Notes: a model not told the origin generated them from the sequence alone. A DNA stretch of 64,000 nt from an uncultured bacterium (GCA_963822585.1 CAWGIE010000035.1:128001-192000); one strand, 5' to 3'. Positions 52,424 through 63,188 are shown, numbered from the stretch's first letter. Made by a program: numbers and translations.

Positions 52424-53314
52424 TCAACATATTGCATCTCGGCGTGCAGCCCACTGCGTATATTCACGAGAGAACGCATTCTCTGTGTCGCTAACATATT
52501 GTGATAATTCTGATTCGGAATGAACCGAGGGCCCACGAGCACGGATAATATTTATTTCGTTAGTAGTCAATGCATAAGAGGTTGAAAGATCAGAGAATCG
52601 CTTTGCCTGTAACCAAGACACTGCCGATACAGCACCGACGGCGAGCACTTCCGTCGGTAGGTATCTCCAACCAAAAAAACGAATACGAAGTAAGGCACAG
52701 AATATCGCCAAGGCGTTAAGCCCCACAACAATGAAGAACCAATGATTCCCGGCCGCTTTGTTAAACCTTGCTTTTCGGAGATACCACATTCCTTGTTCTG
52801 AGACTCTGTTCAAAATGTAGAAGGAAAGCCTTTCATTGACTGGCAAAGCTCTGATATTCTTCATTGCTGAGCTTATTGCGTCGTGTGACGCGGACTCATC
52901 GCAGAGTTCTTTTGTAACTTCGCTGTTCTCGGTCAATATCTCCTGCAGGTCAGCAAGGAAAATTTCATCGCATTGTTCTTCGTCAACGTTGTATGGTTTG
53001 CAATGCATCATGTAACGCCACGTCCGCGTCTTTACTGATTCGGCAACAGCTCTAGCGCTATACCAAGTGCGATCAAAGCGTTTCCATGCAAGTAAGCCCG
53101 CCAGCAAAAGCGAACAGAGAAGCATGAAGGCGGTAATGAGATTTGGAAAGGGTGATACATCAGAGAAAAGGCTGGCGGTTGCACCAAGAATGAGGAGACT
53201 CAAGAACCAACCAAGTGTGCGAAAATACGAACTCTGAGCCCTTAGTGACTCTGCATCAGCAGCTTGGAAAAGCCCGGGAAAGTCACTGTCTACAAACGCT
53301 ATTTGTTCATCCAT
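52424..53314 (-). CDS. SLATT (DUF4231-type) tandem 2TM+2TM effector
   Basis: DFPGLFQAAD..S..AQ, WY..RAVAESVKT.TWRYMM, RV.EQ..WY, E.AFSRE.TQWAAR; four TM segments. Confidence 0.88.
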   Translation of the reverse strand: MDEQIAFVDSDFPGLFQAADAESLRAQSSYFRTLGWFLSLLILGATASLFSDVSPFPNLITAFMLLCSLLLAGLLAWKRFDRTWYSARAVAESVKTRTWRYMMHCKPYNVDEEQCDEIFLADLQEILTENSEVTKELCDESASHDAISSAMKNIRALPVNERLSFYILNRVSEQGMWYLRKARFNKAAGNHWFFIVVGLNALAIFCALLRIRFFGWRYLPTEVLAVGAVSAVSWLQAKRFSDLSTSYALTTNEINIIRARGPSVHSESELSQYVSDTENAFSREYTQWAARRDAIC

Positions 53315-53468
53315 GATTCTAGCACTTTAGCAATTTTGATGGACTGTCATGAGCGCAAATATTTGTATTTTTGATTAATAATGTTTTTGTCCTTTTAGCT
53401 AAGCACATTACTACGCCTAGTGGTATTGTTATTTTCCCGGCAACGGCGAGTTGAACTAAGCAGTCGAT

Positions 53469-54798
53469 TTAGTCGGGTCGCCGCTTCTCAGCAGCCTTGA
53501 GCAACTCCTGTTCAATCGTTCGAATCCAATCCACGTTCTTTCCTCACTCCCTAGTTTCAATTATCATCCCGATGTTCCTAGCAGTTGTCTCTGGCTCCCA
53601 GGGCTCTAACGGTCCTTAATGCATCCGCTAGGTATTTTGACGCCATGGTCTCGTCACGCGAAAGCACCGATAGTTCCAGCAACGTGGCATAATCCCAATA
53701 GTCAGGATTCTTCCCTTCGAGCCGCCGCTGAACACCGTACCTAACTACAGGTATAAGGACTTTTTGACGTGAGTCGGGCGGATCTTCCATTTCCATAAGA
53801 GTCACGGCGTTCACGCCGGGGTAAGCGTCCCTCCAGTCAGCTTCGAACCCTTGCAGATAGACATCTATCGCTTTCTTGAGGTATGCGGGTGCAGCGGCGT
53901 CCCCAGAGGCACAAGCCTTCTGCCATTGATCTTTATAAACCCTTCCAAGTATCCCATTTGTTTCGCTACTTGGTCCGTAGTTGTCGATGAGTTCGAGTAG
54001 AGTGGTCTCTGCTTCTTCGTGCCGCCCAAGGCGATTGAGCGCAAACCCCAGTTGTTCTTGAACCAAAATCATTCGCCGTAACGGAGCAGACATCCTTTCT
54101 GCTAGTTGAACCATGCCATTCCAGTCCTCTACGGCACGGTACGACAGTAAGAGGTCAATAACGATGGCCGGATTGGCATCTACAATGTTTATTTCTCCCT
54201 CAACTTTAGACACCGCATCAGGACCAGCTCGTCGCGCCCTATACAAACGCTCTTTCATTTTCTTAGAATACTCAACCCTGTCTCGAAAACTATCTGTCTT
54301 GAGACGTTGAATATCGGGCCGTGGCATATCCGCAACAAGTTGGTACAATGGACTATCATCAGAAGGATTTCGACAAACCTTGAGCCTTTCAGTCAGCTCT
54401 CTCCTAGCTCGACCTGGATCAACTGGATGTCCAATACGATCAATTTCGTATAGTATCGCCCGTAACGGCGAGACGTCGAAAGGCAACCGCATACCGATAG
54501 CGGCCATCAGAACAGTGCTGTAAGGGCGCACACCATGTCGGATGCCCAATTCGTAAAAAACATTCGCATTTGCTGTAGTCAGGTCAGCGACTGCATAATC
54601 GCACATCATCAGTCTTTCAAACATAGGCTTGTGAATTATGCCACCGAGAATCTCTTCGTCGGCACGTATCGGTTCAAGGTCTGCATCGTCAATAGCGGGC
54701 ATTATTATGTCTTGGTAAACACAGTCAAAGTCGACAATTTTCCCGCTTTTATCTGATTTCTCACCAAAAGGCATTAAAACGAAGCAGTATGGTTTCAT
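53469..54798 (-). pseudogene. DUF4071 / TRAF-binding (TPR-S) protein with N-terminal nucleoside-deoxyribosyltransferase-like domain; 3' frameshift
   Basis: CFVLMPFG, RADEE..GGIIHKPMFERL, NANVFYELG.RH, SET.GILGRVYKD, YPGVNA, DYWDYAT; WEPETT in shifted frame. Confidence 0.88.
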
Positions 54799-54808
54799 AA
54801 TACCGGGC

Positions 54809-55201
54809 TCATCGCGTAGCTATATCCTGAAGCCGTTCCTCACTCCAAGGATGCAAGTAGATTCCATTTTCTTCTAGCACCTTAGGTTTCGTTCCACTCG
54901 TATCCTTCAACCGGATGGCATATACAGACTTGCTATTTTCCAATGTCATCTCAACCTCTTCTCGCACCCAGCGGCTCCGATGTGTGCGTTCCCCAACAAA
55001 CACGATTGTTCTAGACGTTCCACTCATTGCCTTCGATATGGCTTGCCTTATTACGGAGACGTCATTCGTGTCCCATCTCTTTAATAAATCTTTGACTCGA
55101 AAGTTTAAATTAGCGTATCCAGGGTTGACAGCTCGTCCTTTAATAGTCAGAACGACTCCTCGATCCGCCTCCGTAAAACTAAAGAACACTATATTAGACA
55201 T
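54809..55201 (-). CDS. TIR domain protein (MTH538/DUF1863-like)
   Basis: VFFSF, I...M.GTS.TIVFVG..T..S.WV.EE. Confidence 0.85.
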   Translation of the reverse strand: MSNIVFFSFTEADRGVVLTIKGRAVNPGYANLNFRVKDLLKRWDTNDVSVIRQAISKAMSGTSRTIVFVGERTHRSRWVREEVEMTLENSKSVYAIRLKDTSGTKPKVLEENGIYLHPWSEERLQDIATR

Positions 55202-55330
55202 TACATCCTCCTCTTCATTGTTTTCAAGTGGATTTTCGCCGATCGTCGCAGTGTGCCGCTTAACCGGTTTTGATCAACCCAACTTGTCGTTAATGCAACC
55301 GAAGGCAGCACTAAACTATTGATTATAAAA

Positions 55331-55514
55331 ATCAGGGTAAAACCTCGACTATTGACAGATATAGATTAATTAACGGCTACGAAATACCGGAATCGATCCT
55401 GCAATATTTTAAAAAATGCGCCTCACAATACTGCCGCATTCTCGGCCTCAAGCGGATGACTAGGATACAGTAAATTATCCTAGTTTCTGTCAGTAGTCGA
55501 GGTTTGCCCCTGAT
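55331..55514. repeat. Element A, full copy (184 bp)
   Basis: Both termini and core. Confidence 0.92.
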
Positions 55515-56598
55515 CCTTTTTGGGGAATCCATAAATTTTAAAAAAATTGTCTTTAAAATGAAAGTTCCCCAGTTTTTGCCCGATCTTACTCCTGATCTTA
55601 ATAATTTCTTCTACGGTTATATCAGAGTCTTTAAATGCTTCCATGATTTCATCTCGAATAGACATATAGAATTCTTTTGTTAATAATCCATCATCAATTT
55701 CACTCTCAGGATTAAAAAAATTCAGAACTGTTTGCTTAGAAAACCTGGCAGCACGGATAAATTTCTCCATTTCAGTTCTTATCCGATCCACCTCTTCCGG
55801 GACTAAGTGGCTTATTACTAGCTTTACTTTATATTTCTGACCGTTTATCAAAAGGTCATATTCAACAATACTCTCTGAATCTCTTCCAGAAGGGATATTG
55901 CCGAAAAAATCTCGGACGGAGCTTTTCCCATCCATCCTCTTACCTTGTTTATCGATATCCCGTTTTCGGAGTTTAACAGTCTCTATTCCCTGAATCGCCT
56001 GGATAAATTTCATTATCAATTCATCCCCGGACAACCTACCCTTGCCGATTACTTCGCCAGCCGGATCATAAAGGTAGAGAATTGATTCTTCGACATCAAA
56101 ATTCCCTCTCTCTACTACATCCCCATTTTTTTGGATAAAAATCAGCTTAAAATAGCTGTCTTCTATTGCTTCTCCTAACCAGGTCATAATTATTTTTACA
56201 GAATTTATTTCCTCCGATTCAGGATAAATCTCGAATGAGTTCCAGGTGCCAAAAAACGCATGCCTCTTATCTTCTTTACAGGGATCGGCTGAGTAAATCC
56301 TTACAGTTGTCATGGTTGTATTATTTTCAACCGTACGCTTGCTCTTATTTTGAGAACGCTGCCTAACAATCCAGGGGGATGGAGGCTTACGCTTGGGCAA
56401 AACATAGGCCGCGCCACAGCCGGGACATATTCCTTCTTTTTGAGTAACCGGTATTTCAAATGCTTTGTGACATCTCCAACACTTCAGTTCCTTAACGGAC
56501 TGCTCATTGGGAGTCTGTTCCGAAAAAGAAGGGCCATTAATGAAGAGGATGCACCCAAATAAAAAGAACAATAGAATTACTATGACCAATTTATTCAT
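55480..56598 (-). CDS. Secreted protein sharing its N-terminal ~217 aa with the WG protein at 29277-31052; stop lies inside element A
   Basis: MNKLVIVIL...C..C...CP.C...IETV.LR; ends DQGQTSTTDRN*. Confidence 0.8.
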   Translation of the reverse strand: MNKLVIVILLFFLFGCILFINGPSFSEQTPNEQSVKELKCWRCHKAFEIPVTQKEGICPGCGAAYVLPKRKPPSPWIVRQRSQNKSKRTVENNTTMTTVRIYSADPCKEDKRHAFFGTWNSFEIYPESEEINSVKIIMTWLGEAIEDSYFKLIFIQKNGDVVERGNFDVEESILYLYDPAGEVIGKGRLSGDELIMKFIQAIQGIETVKLRKRDIDKQGKRMDGKSSVRDFFGNIPSGRDSESIVEYDLLINGQKYKVKLVISHLVPEEVDRIRTEMEKFIRAARFSKQTVLNFFNPESEIDDGLLTKEFYMSIRDEIMEAFKDSDITVEEIIKIRSKIGQKLGNFHFKDNFFKIYGFPKKDQGQTSTTDRN

Positions 56599-56743
56599 TG
56601 TATGTTTCCAGAACATTCTGGACAGTTTATGACTGATAAGGATTATTTAACGGCGAAAAACAATCGGAACCGGTCCCGTAAAGTAGTCGAAGTGACCCGG
56701 ATCATTCACCCATTCCATACCAGGGGGCTGTGGGATGTTTACC

Positions 56744-59700
56744 CTATCTCGTTACCGGGATATCCCCAATGGAGCCAAAATAAACTCGACTCACCCCACG
56801 TATTGCCCACAACCCGGACGACCCCCGGAAGATCCCGATGCCATCCCTTCCGTCACCACTGTAATCGGCGGGAAGCGGCTGATCGGAACTACTCCCGAAG
56901 TAGCTCCTCGTGACACCTTTGACGGCCCAGAGGCCTGCCGAGGGTCGGAATATCCCGTAATCCCAAGCGCCATCACCGTCGTAGTCTCCGGGGGATATCG
57001 TGTCTGATGAACCTCCAAAGTAAACCCGGCTGATTCCTCTAATTGCCCATAACCCGGAGCTTGGTCGGAATATGCCGATATCCTTCGTAGCATTACCATC
57101 GTAATACCCCGTGGCTGGTAAATCTGCTGAACTACCAAAGTAAACTCGAGTGATACCCCTGATGGCCCAAAGAGAGTTAGAGGATCTCCATATCCCGCCA
57201 TCTACCGATCCATCCCCGTCATAGTCGCCGGGAATTGGTTGATCGCCGGGTAACCCAAAATAGAACCGCGTGATACCCCGGATAACCCAGAAACCTGAGG
57301 AGCCACGAAAAATCCCGACATCGGTCGTCCCGTTCCCGTCATAATCTCCGGAGACCGGTTCATCGAAGGACTTCCCATAATAAATTCGAGTGATGCCCCG
57401 GATTGCCCATAGCCCTGATGAATCTCTAAAGATAGCTATATCGGAAGTCCCGTCACCATTGTAATCACCGGAATCAAAAGAAGAGGCTTGTTCCGAATCA
57501 AATATTATACTGGCGAGATTATCGCAAGATTGAAAAGCGCTCTCCCCGATACTGGTTACTCTGGCGGGAATTGTTATCTCGGTAAACTCATCACAACTTT
57601 GGAACGCACCATCCCCGATCGTGGTTACACTGACAGGAATTGTTAATTCGGGCAAGTTTCCACAATGACTGAACGCATAATTCTCAATAATGGCAACACT
57701 GTTGGGAATCGTTACGCCGGTCAGATCATAACAATAAGCAAAAGCATACTCCCCGATGGTAGTAACACTTTCGGGAATCGTATAATACCCGGATTTGCCG
57801 GCTGGGCATTGAACGAGAGTTGACTGATTTTTATTGAACAGTACCCCATCCACGCTGCTGTAGCTGGCATTGCCTGGATCCACCGTAATTGAGGTCAGGT
57901 TATCGCAATTTTGAAAAGCCCCGGCCTCAATGCTGGAGACGCTTGACGGTATTGTTACACTGATTAAACTATTACAACGATAAAAAGCATTGGCCCCGAT
58001 CGTGTTAATTCCCTCAGAAATTGTTAGGTTGGTTAGATCGTAGCAATATCTGAAAGCACCCTCGCCGATACTGGTTACGCTGGAAGGAATTGTTATCTCG
58101 GTCAAATCTCCACAGGACCTAAAAGCTTCCTCCCCGATACTGGTTACGCTAGTGGGGATTGTCACCTCAGTCAACCAAGTACAACTGTAGAATGCATTAT
58201 CCTCAATACTGGTAACACTGTTAGGGATCGTTACACCCGTCAGATCGTCACAATCAGCAAAAGCTCTCTCCCCTATGGTGGAAACACTATCGGGAATCGT
58301 ATAGTGCCCGGATTTGCCAGCGGGATATTGGATGAGGGTGGTTTGATCCTTGTTGAACAGTACGCCATCCACGCTGATGAAGTTGGGATTGTCCGGATTC
58401 ACCATAATCGAGGTCAGTCTCTCGCAGTTTTGAAAAGCCCCGGCCTCAATACTGGAGACACTTGCCGGGATCATTATGCTGACCAAGCGATCGCAGCTTG
58501 AAAAAGCTTTGGTTCCGATAATACGAATCCCTTCAGAAATAGTTAAACTGGCCAATTTGCTACAACCGGTGAAAGCACTCTCCCCGATACTGGTTACGCT
58601 GGAAGGAATTGTTACCTCGGTCAACCCATCACAACTGCAGAACGCATCCTCTTCAATACTGACAACACCGTTGGGAATAATCATGCTGGTCAGGACGTTA
58701 CACTCCAAGAAGGCGCTGGTCTTAATGGTGGTGACACTGGAAGGAATCGTAACCCCGTCCAGGCGGTTGCACTCAACAAAAGCCCCCTCCCCGATGGCGG
58801 TAACAGTATCGGGAATCGTATAGTGTCCGGATTTGCCGGCTGGGTACTGGACGAGAGTTGACTGATCTTTGTTGAACAGCACGCCATCCACACTGCTGTA
58901 GTTGGCATTGCCTGAGTCCACCGTAATTGAGATCAAATCATTGCAACCACCAAAAGCCTCGGTCTCGATACTGGAGACACTTGCCGGAATCATCACGCTG
59001 GTCAAATTAGCACAGTTGTAAAAAGCGTTGGCTCTGATTGAAGTAGTTCCCTCGAAAAGCATTATATCGGCCACCCAGTAACAAGATGCGAAAGCACTCT
59101 CCCCAATGCTTATGACATTGGGTGGGATAAGTATCCAGCTCAATCCATCACATCCGAAGAACGACCAATCTCCAATATTGATAACAGTGTAGGGGAGCCA
59201 CATCTGGCTCAGACCGTCACAACCAACAAAAGCATACTCCCCGATGGTAGTAACACTGTTGGGGATTCCCACCTCGCTTAGACCGTAACAATGTAGAAAA
59301 GCACCCTCCCCGATGGTAGTAACACCATTGGGAATCATATAGTACCCCGATTTACCCGCGGGGTACTGGATAAGGTTGGTTTGATTCCTGTTGAACAGCA
59401 CGCCATCCTCGCTGCTATAGTTGGGATTACCCGGATTTACCTTAATCGAGGTCAGACTATTACAGCCTTGAAAAGGCCCGGCTTCAATATTGAGGATTCC
59501 TGTCGGAATCATTACACTGGTCAAGTTATCACAGTTGAAGAAAGCGTGAGCCCCGATCGTGGTAGTCCCCGTGGAAACAGTTCGATTGGCCAATTTCCAG
59601 TCGCGATTGAATCTATCCATATTGCCAGCCCTATCTGTAGGAATAATCGATACGGGCAAATCGAAGCCACGGGAAAACTCTCTATCTTCAATTATAATAG

Positions 59701-60315
59701 TTCTCCCGAGAAAGGCGATATTGGTTAGATTGCTGCAACCGGTGAATGTTGATTTGCCAAGAACGTCAACGCCGGCCGGTATGGTAATATCAGGCAGGTT
59801 CTTACAGCCCCGAAAAGCCGAGGCCCCAATCGTGGTGACGCCAGTACCTATAGTAACGTCTCTTAGGTTTTTACATTTATCGAAGGCACCGTTCCCGATA
59901 ATCTCCACATTGTCTGGAATTTTAATGCCGGATAATTTCTTGCATAAGGCGAATGATTTATTACCAATGCTGATAAGGTTGTTGCGACACTGACGCCGGT
60001 CGATTCGTCACACCGGTAAAACGCATAGTTCCCTACCCTGGTGACGCTATCGGGAATTTCGACGCTGATCAGATCCGTACGAAAATTAAAAGCATAGTCT
60101 CCGATAGTAGTAACAGGTAGGCTCCCAATCGTGTCCGGGATAGTCACATTTCCACCGGGGCCAATGTAATTAGTAATGGTGATCTCGCCGGAATCGGTCG
60201 TGTAATTGAAATCACCGGAATTGTTGGCTAAAAGAATTGGCGCACTAACCAATTTAAAAATACCAACAAAAAGCAATGACTTCCCGGTTTTATTAAGTAT
60301 GCTTCTCACTAACAT
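56744..60315 (-). pseudogene. BspA-like leucine-rich-repeat surface protein with C-terminal FG-GAP-like repeats; frameshift near 59990 (or sequence error)
   Basis: Many IP.SVT.IGE.AF..C..L units and N..YSS.DGVLFNK inserts; GDYDGDG..D.GIFR.SSGLWAIRG tail. Confidence 0.9.
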
Positions 60316-60381
60316 CCCCTTATAAACTGAATATGGAGCTTCCCCCCAATTATTGGACAGCTCCAAGAAAACAGCAAAAAA

Positions 60382-60564
60382 ATCAGGGTCAACCCCGACT
60401 ATTGAAAGATAAGAATTATTCAACGGCGAAAAACTATCGGAACTGGTCCCGTAATATTTCGAAAAACTCGCTTTAGAAGTCTGCCGCATTCCCGGCCTCA
60501 AGTGGATGATTATGATGCAGGAAATTATTCTAGTTTCTGTCAATAGTCGAGGTTTGACCCTGAT
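60382..60564. repeat. Element A, full copy, followed by a partial duplicate at 60572-60629
   Basis: Both termini and core. Confidence 0.92.
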
Positions 60565-60658
60565 CCTTTTTCCGTAATATTTCGAAAAACTCGTCTCCCA
60601 TTTTGTCAATGGTCAAGGTTTTCCCCTGTTTCTTTTCGTGTCGATGCTCTGATTAGGT

Positions 60659-61953
60659 CTAATCTTTCTTCAATGCAATCTGCTCCGCGATACGGGCTAT
60701 GATTGGAATGTAGCGCTCAATACGGCAGCTGTTTGCTCTCGTAGGCAAAATGACGTTGCATTGTCTGCGTTCGCGCGCATGAACTAAGCAATTACGAATC
60801 TTCGTCAGCTGCTCGAAAAGTTTTGGCATCCACATTGCAGCCCAAGCAGTGGATGTAGTGTCGGATGAGATGAGAGCTGGCAGGATAAAGCCCCCGTCAA
60901 AATGGACCTCAGCACAGAAGAAGTCCTTGTCATTCTCGATCTCAGCCACAGGGCATTTGGATCGCAGCACTCTTCCACAACTTTCTTCATTCTGCCTTCT
61001 TCGTTGTGTGCTAGGTCAGAGAGCACAGCAAAGAGATCATGCATTTTGTCTTCTGGGCACGTGATCATTGATGGGTCTCTGAGGAACGATTTCAGCGCTT
61101 TGCGCGCTTTCTCGTCAATGAAGTAGAATCCAGCATACTCGATCACCTGAAAATAGTATATAAAGGCAAACCTTGGGCTGGTTTGCTGCGCAACATCAAT
61201 TAGTTGAAGCAGGAACTCGTCGATCCCCTTTAGAGATAACGCTGTGGGAAACGAGTCGGTGCAGAACCGCCGCCATTCGGCGTGGTCATGGAATTTGTTG
61301 TCCACCTTCTGATTTATCTCGATGAGGGGCGTTTGTCGGTCGTAGTATCGCATGACGAAATTCACATGCTTGGCAATCTGCTCCATATCGACAGATAGGA
61401 CGGGAGAGCTAGGTTTTAAAAAGAAACTGCGAGGAACTCGTTTGGCGAAATAGCGAGACGCATGTTCTGTGAGTTTGTCAAGCCGCTGCACATCCGTGAA
61501 AGCTTCGAGTTGTGGGATAGTCGGTACGCCGCTATCTGGGGGCAACCTGCGAACCCGTTTTGCCAAACGCATGAGACGTTCTGTCGGTTCTGCGAACCGA
61601 CACAGAAACTCATTACCATCAAGATACAGCGTAAACGTACGGTCCAGCTGCGATTGCGAGGGTTCCTTATCGGGTGTGACATACGCGTAGACGAATTCCA
61701 CCTCGTTCGTGTCAACGTGGATGATGGCGTCAAACTGCGAATTGAAAGCTAGATTGTTAAGATCCTTGAGCTCCTCTATCTCTGCCAGATTATATGCAAG
61801 GCGGCAATCTTTCTCTCCCCAAGGGTTCTGTAGGATCAACTGCTCATCCTCAATAGCGAATGTGCAATGAGGATTGTTCTTCTGAAACAGTTTTAGATAT
61901 AGATCCTGTAGAGCAGGCGAACTAGGCTCTTTCACTTCATCGGACTTTGTCAT
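60659..61953 (-). pseudogene. Hypothetical protein with C-terminal HEPN-like motif; frameshift near 60950
   Basis: FIYYFQVIEY; next frame L.KIRNCLVHARE (RxxxxH). Confidence 0.7.
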
Positions 61954-61972
61954 ATGTGTTCCTTTTCTCTTG

Positions 61973-62033
61973 CCCCAACACCGCTCTTTAGCGGGCGCTG
62001 CTTTTTGCGATCCGCCGCAAGAGAATGTTAGGT
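61973..62033 (-). other. Putative integron attC site
   Basis: Minus strand ACCTAAC...GTTGGGG, 61 nt, CTCTT/AAGAG and GCGG/CCGC arms; ATG of next gene about 20 nt downstream. Confidence 0.7.
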
Positions 62034-62078
62034 TACTTTGATTATTTTTATAGGCCCTGAAGCACCTTGCCGTCAAAA

Positions 62079-62260
62079 ACCAGGGTAAAACCCGGACTAT
62101 TGGCAGATAAGGATTATTTAACGGCGAAAAACTATCGGAACCGATCACGAAATATTTAGAAAAACTCGCTTCACAATCCTCCCTGTGGCCGCATTCCCTG
62201 CCTCAAGCTGATGATCAGTTTCACCTATGTTGGGGTTTCTACACCTTGGTCTATCTGTCA
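62079..62260. repeat. Element A' (variant right half)
   Basis: Left half as A; right half cctccctgtggccgcattccctgcc...acaccttggtctatctgtca shared with 63008-63188. Confidence 0.9.
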
Positions 62261-62266
62261 AAAAAA

Positions 62267-62450
62267 TTCAGGGTCAAACCTCGACTATTGACAGATAAAG
62301 ATTATTTACCGGCGAAAAACTATCGGAACCGGTCCTGTAATATTTCGAAAAACTCGCCTCACAATACAGCCGCATTTTCGCCTTCAAGCGAATGATTATG
62401 ATACAGAAAGTTATTCGAGTTTCTCTCAGTAGTCGAGGTTTGGCCCTGAT
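62267..62450. repeat. Element A, full copy (184 bp)
   Basis: Both termini and core. Confidence 0.93.
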
Positions 62451-62950
62451 CCCTTTTCAGAAAGCCGGTCTTTGCCATTCTTTGCCAAGGCAGATAAATT
62501 AAAATCTTTCAGCCAAGCATAATCCCGCAACCAGTCATTGGGTGCCAAAGCTTCTTTCCCTGTAAGCATATGAATGTCATTGAATTTCTTTTTAATTCTT
62601 TCCTCATGCATTATAAACCATTTATTTTTCAAGTGATTTAAACTATTGGGATCTTCATGAAACCAATATTTAATCCAACGTATATTTTCGATTTCACGTT
62701 TTTTTTCGAAATGGGAATTAATCATTTTCCAAAGAACTAATCCAAAATATAAAAGTCCAACAGCCGCTAAGTAGATAAGCCAAAATGGTGTTGACATGGA
62801 TGTATCTCCATAATATTTAGGGGAGTAAGGCTCAACGAAAGCCTTGACAAAAATTATTAGAAGGAGTGATAGAAATAAACCGCCTGCGATGACACCCATC
62901 AGAGATTCATAATCACTCTCGACAAATTTTTCTATATATTTACTGGACAT
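62426..62950 (-). CDS. Two-TM membrane protein; stop lies inside element A
   Basis: Two hydrophobic segments; ends GSGPNLDY*. Confidence 0.65.
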   Translation of the reverse strand: MSSKYIEKFVESDYESLMGVIAGGLFLSLLLIIFVKAFVEPYSPKYYGDTSMSTPFWLIYLAAVGLLYFGLVLWKMINSHFEKKREIENIRWIKYWFHEDPNSLNHLKNKWFIMHEERIKKKFNDIHMLTGKEALAPNDWLRDYAWLKDFNLSALAKNGKDRLSEKGSGPNLDY

Positions 62951-63007
62951 GTTCTAATCCTCACTAAAATGGCAAAAGTTGGAAAACAATCAGCATAGGA
63001 TCTCAAT

Positions 63008-63188
63008 TATTGACAGATAAGGATTATTTAACGGCGAAAAACTATCGGAACCGGTCCCGTAATATTTCGAAAAACTCGCCTCACAATCCTCCCTGTGGCC
63101 GCATTCCCTGCCTCAAGCTGATGTCAGTTTCACCTATGTTGGGGTTTCTACACCTTGGTCTATCTGTCAAGATGAAAGATTTGACCCC
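63008..63188. repeat. Element A' (variant)
   Basis: Ends tgtcaagatgaaagatttgacccc. Confidence 0.9.

Noticed and set aside
56744..60315. Diversity-generating retroelement target among the repeat proteins
   Set aside because: No reverse transcriptase in the window and no template/variable repeat pair with adenine-specific differences was seen
59863..62148. N-terminal extensions of the LRR and HEPN-like ORFs through element A (…SDSFSPLNN.YL…), suggesting a leader peptide fusion
   Set aside because: The frame is not kept open from an ATG in the A' copy and is not in frame with most cargo; better starts exist at 60315 and 61953
31084..63188. Element A as a CRISPR repeat or autonomous IS
   Set aside because: Too long for a CRISPR repeat, intervening DNA is whole genes, and it encodes no transposase
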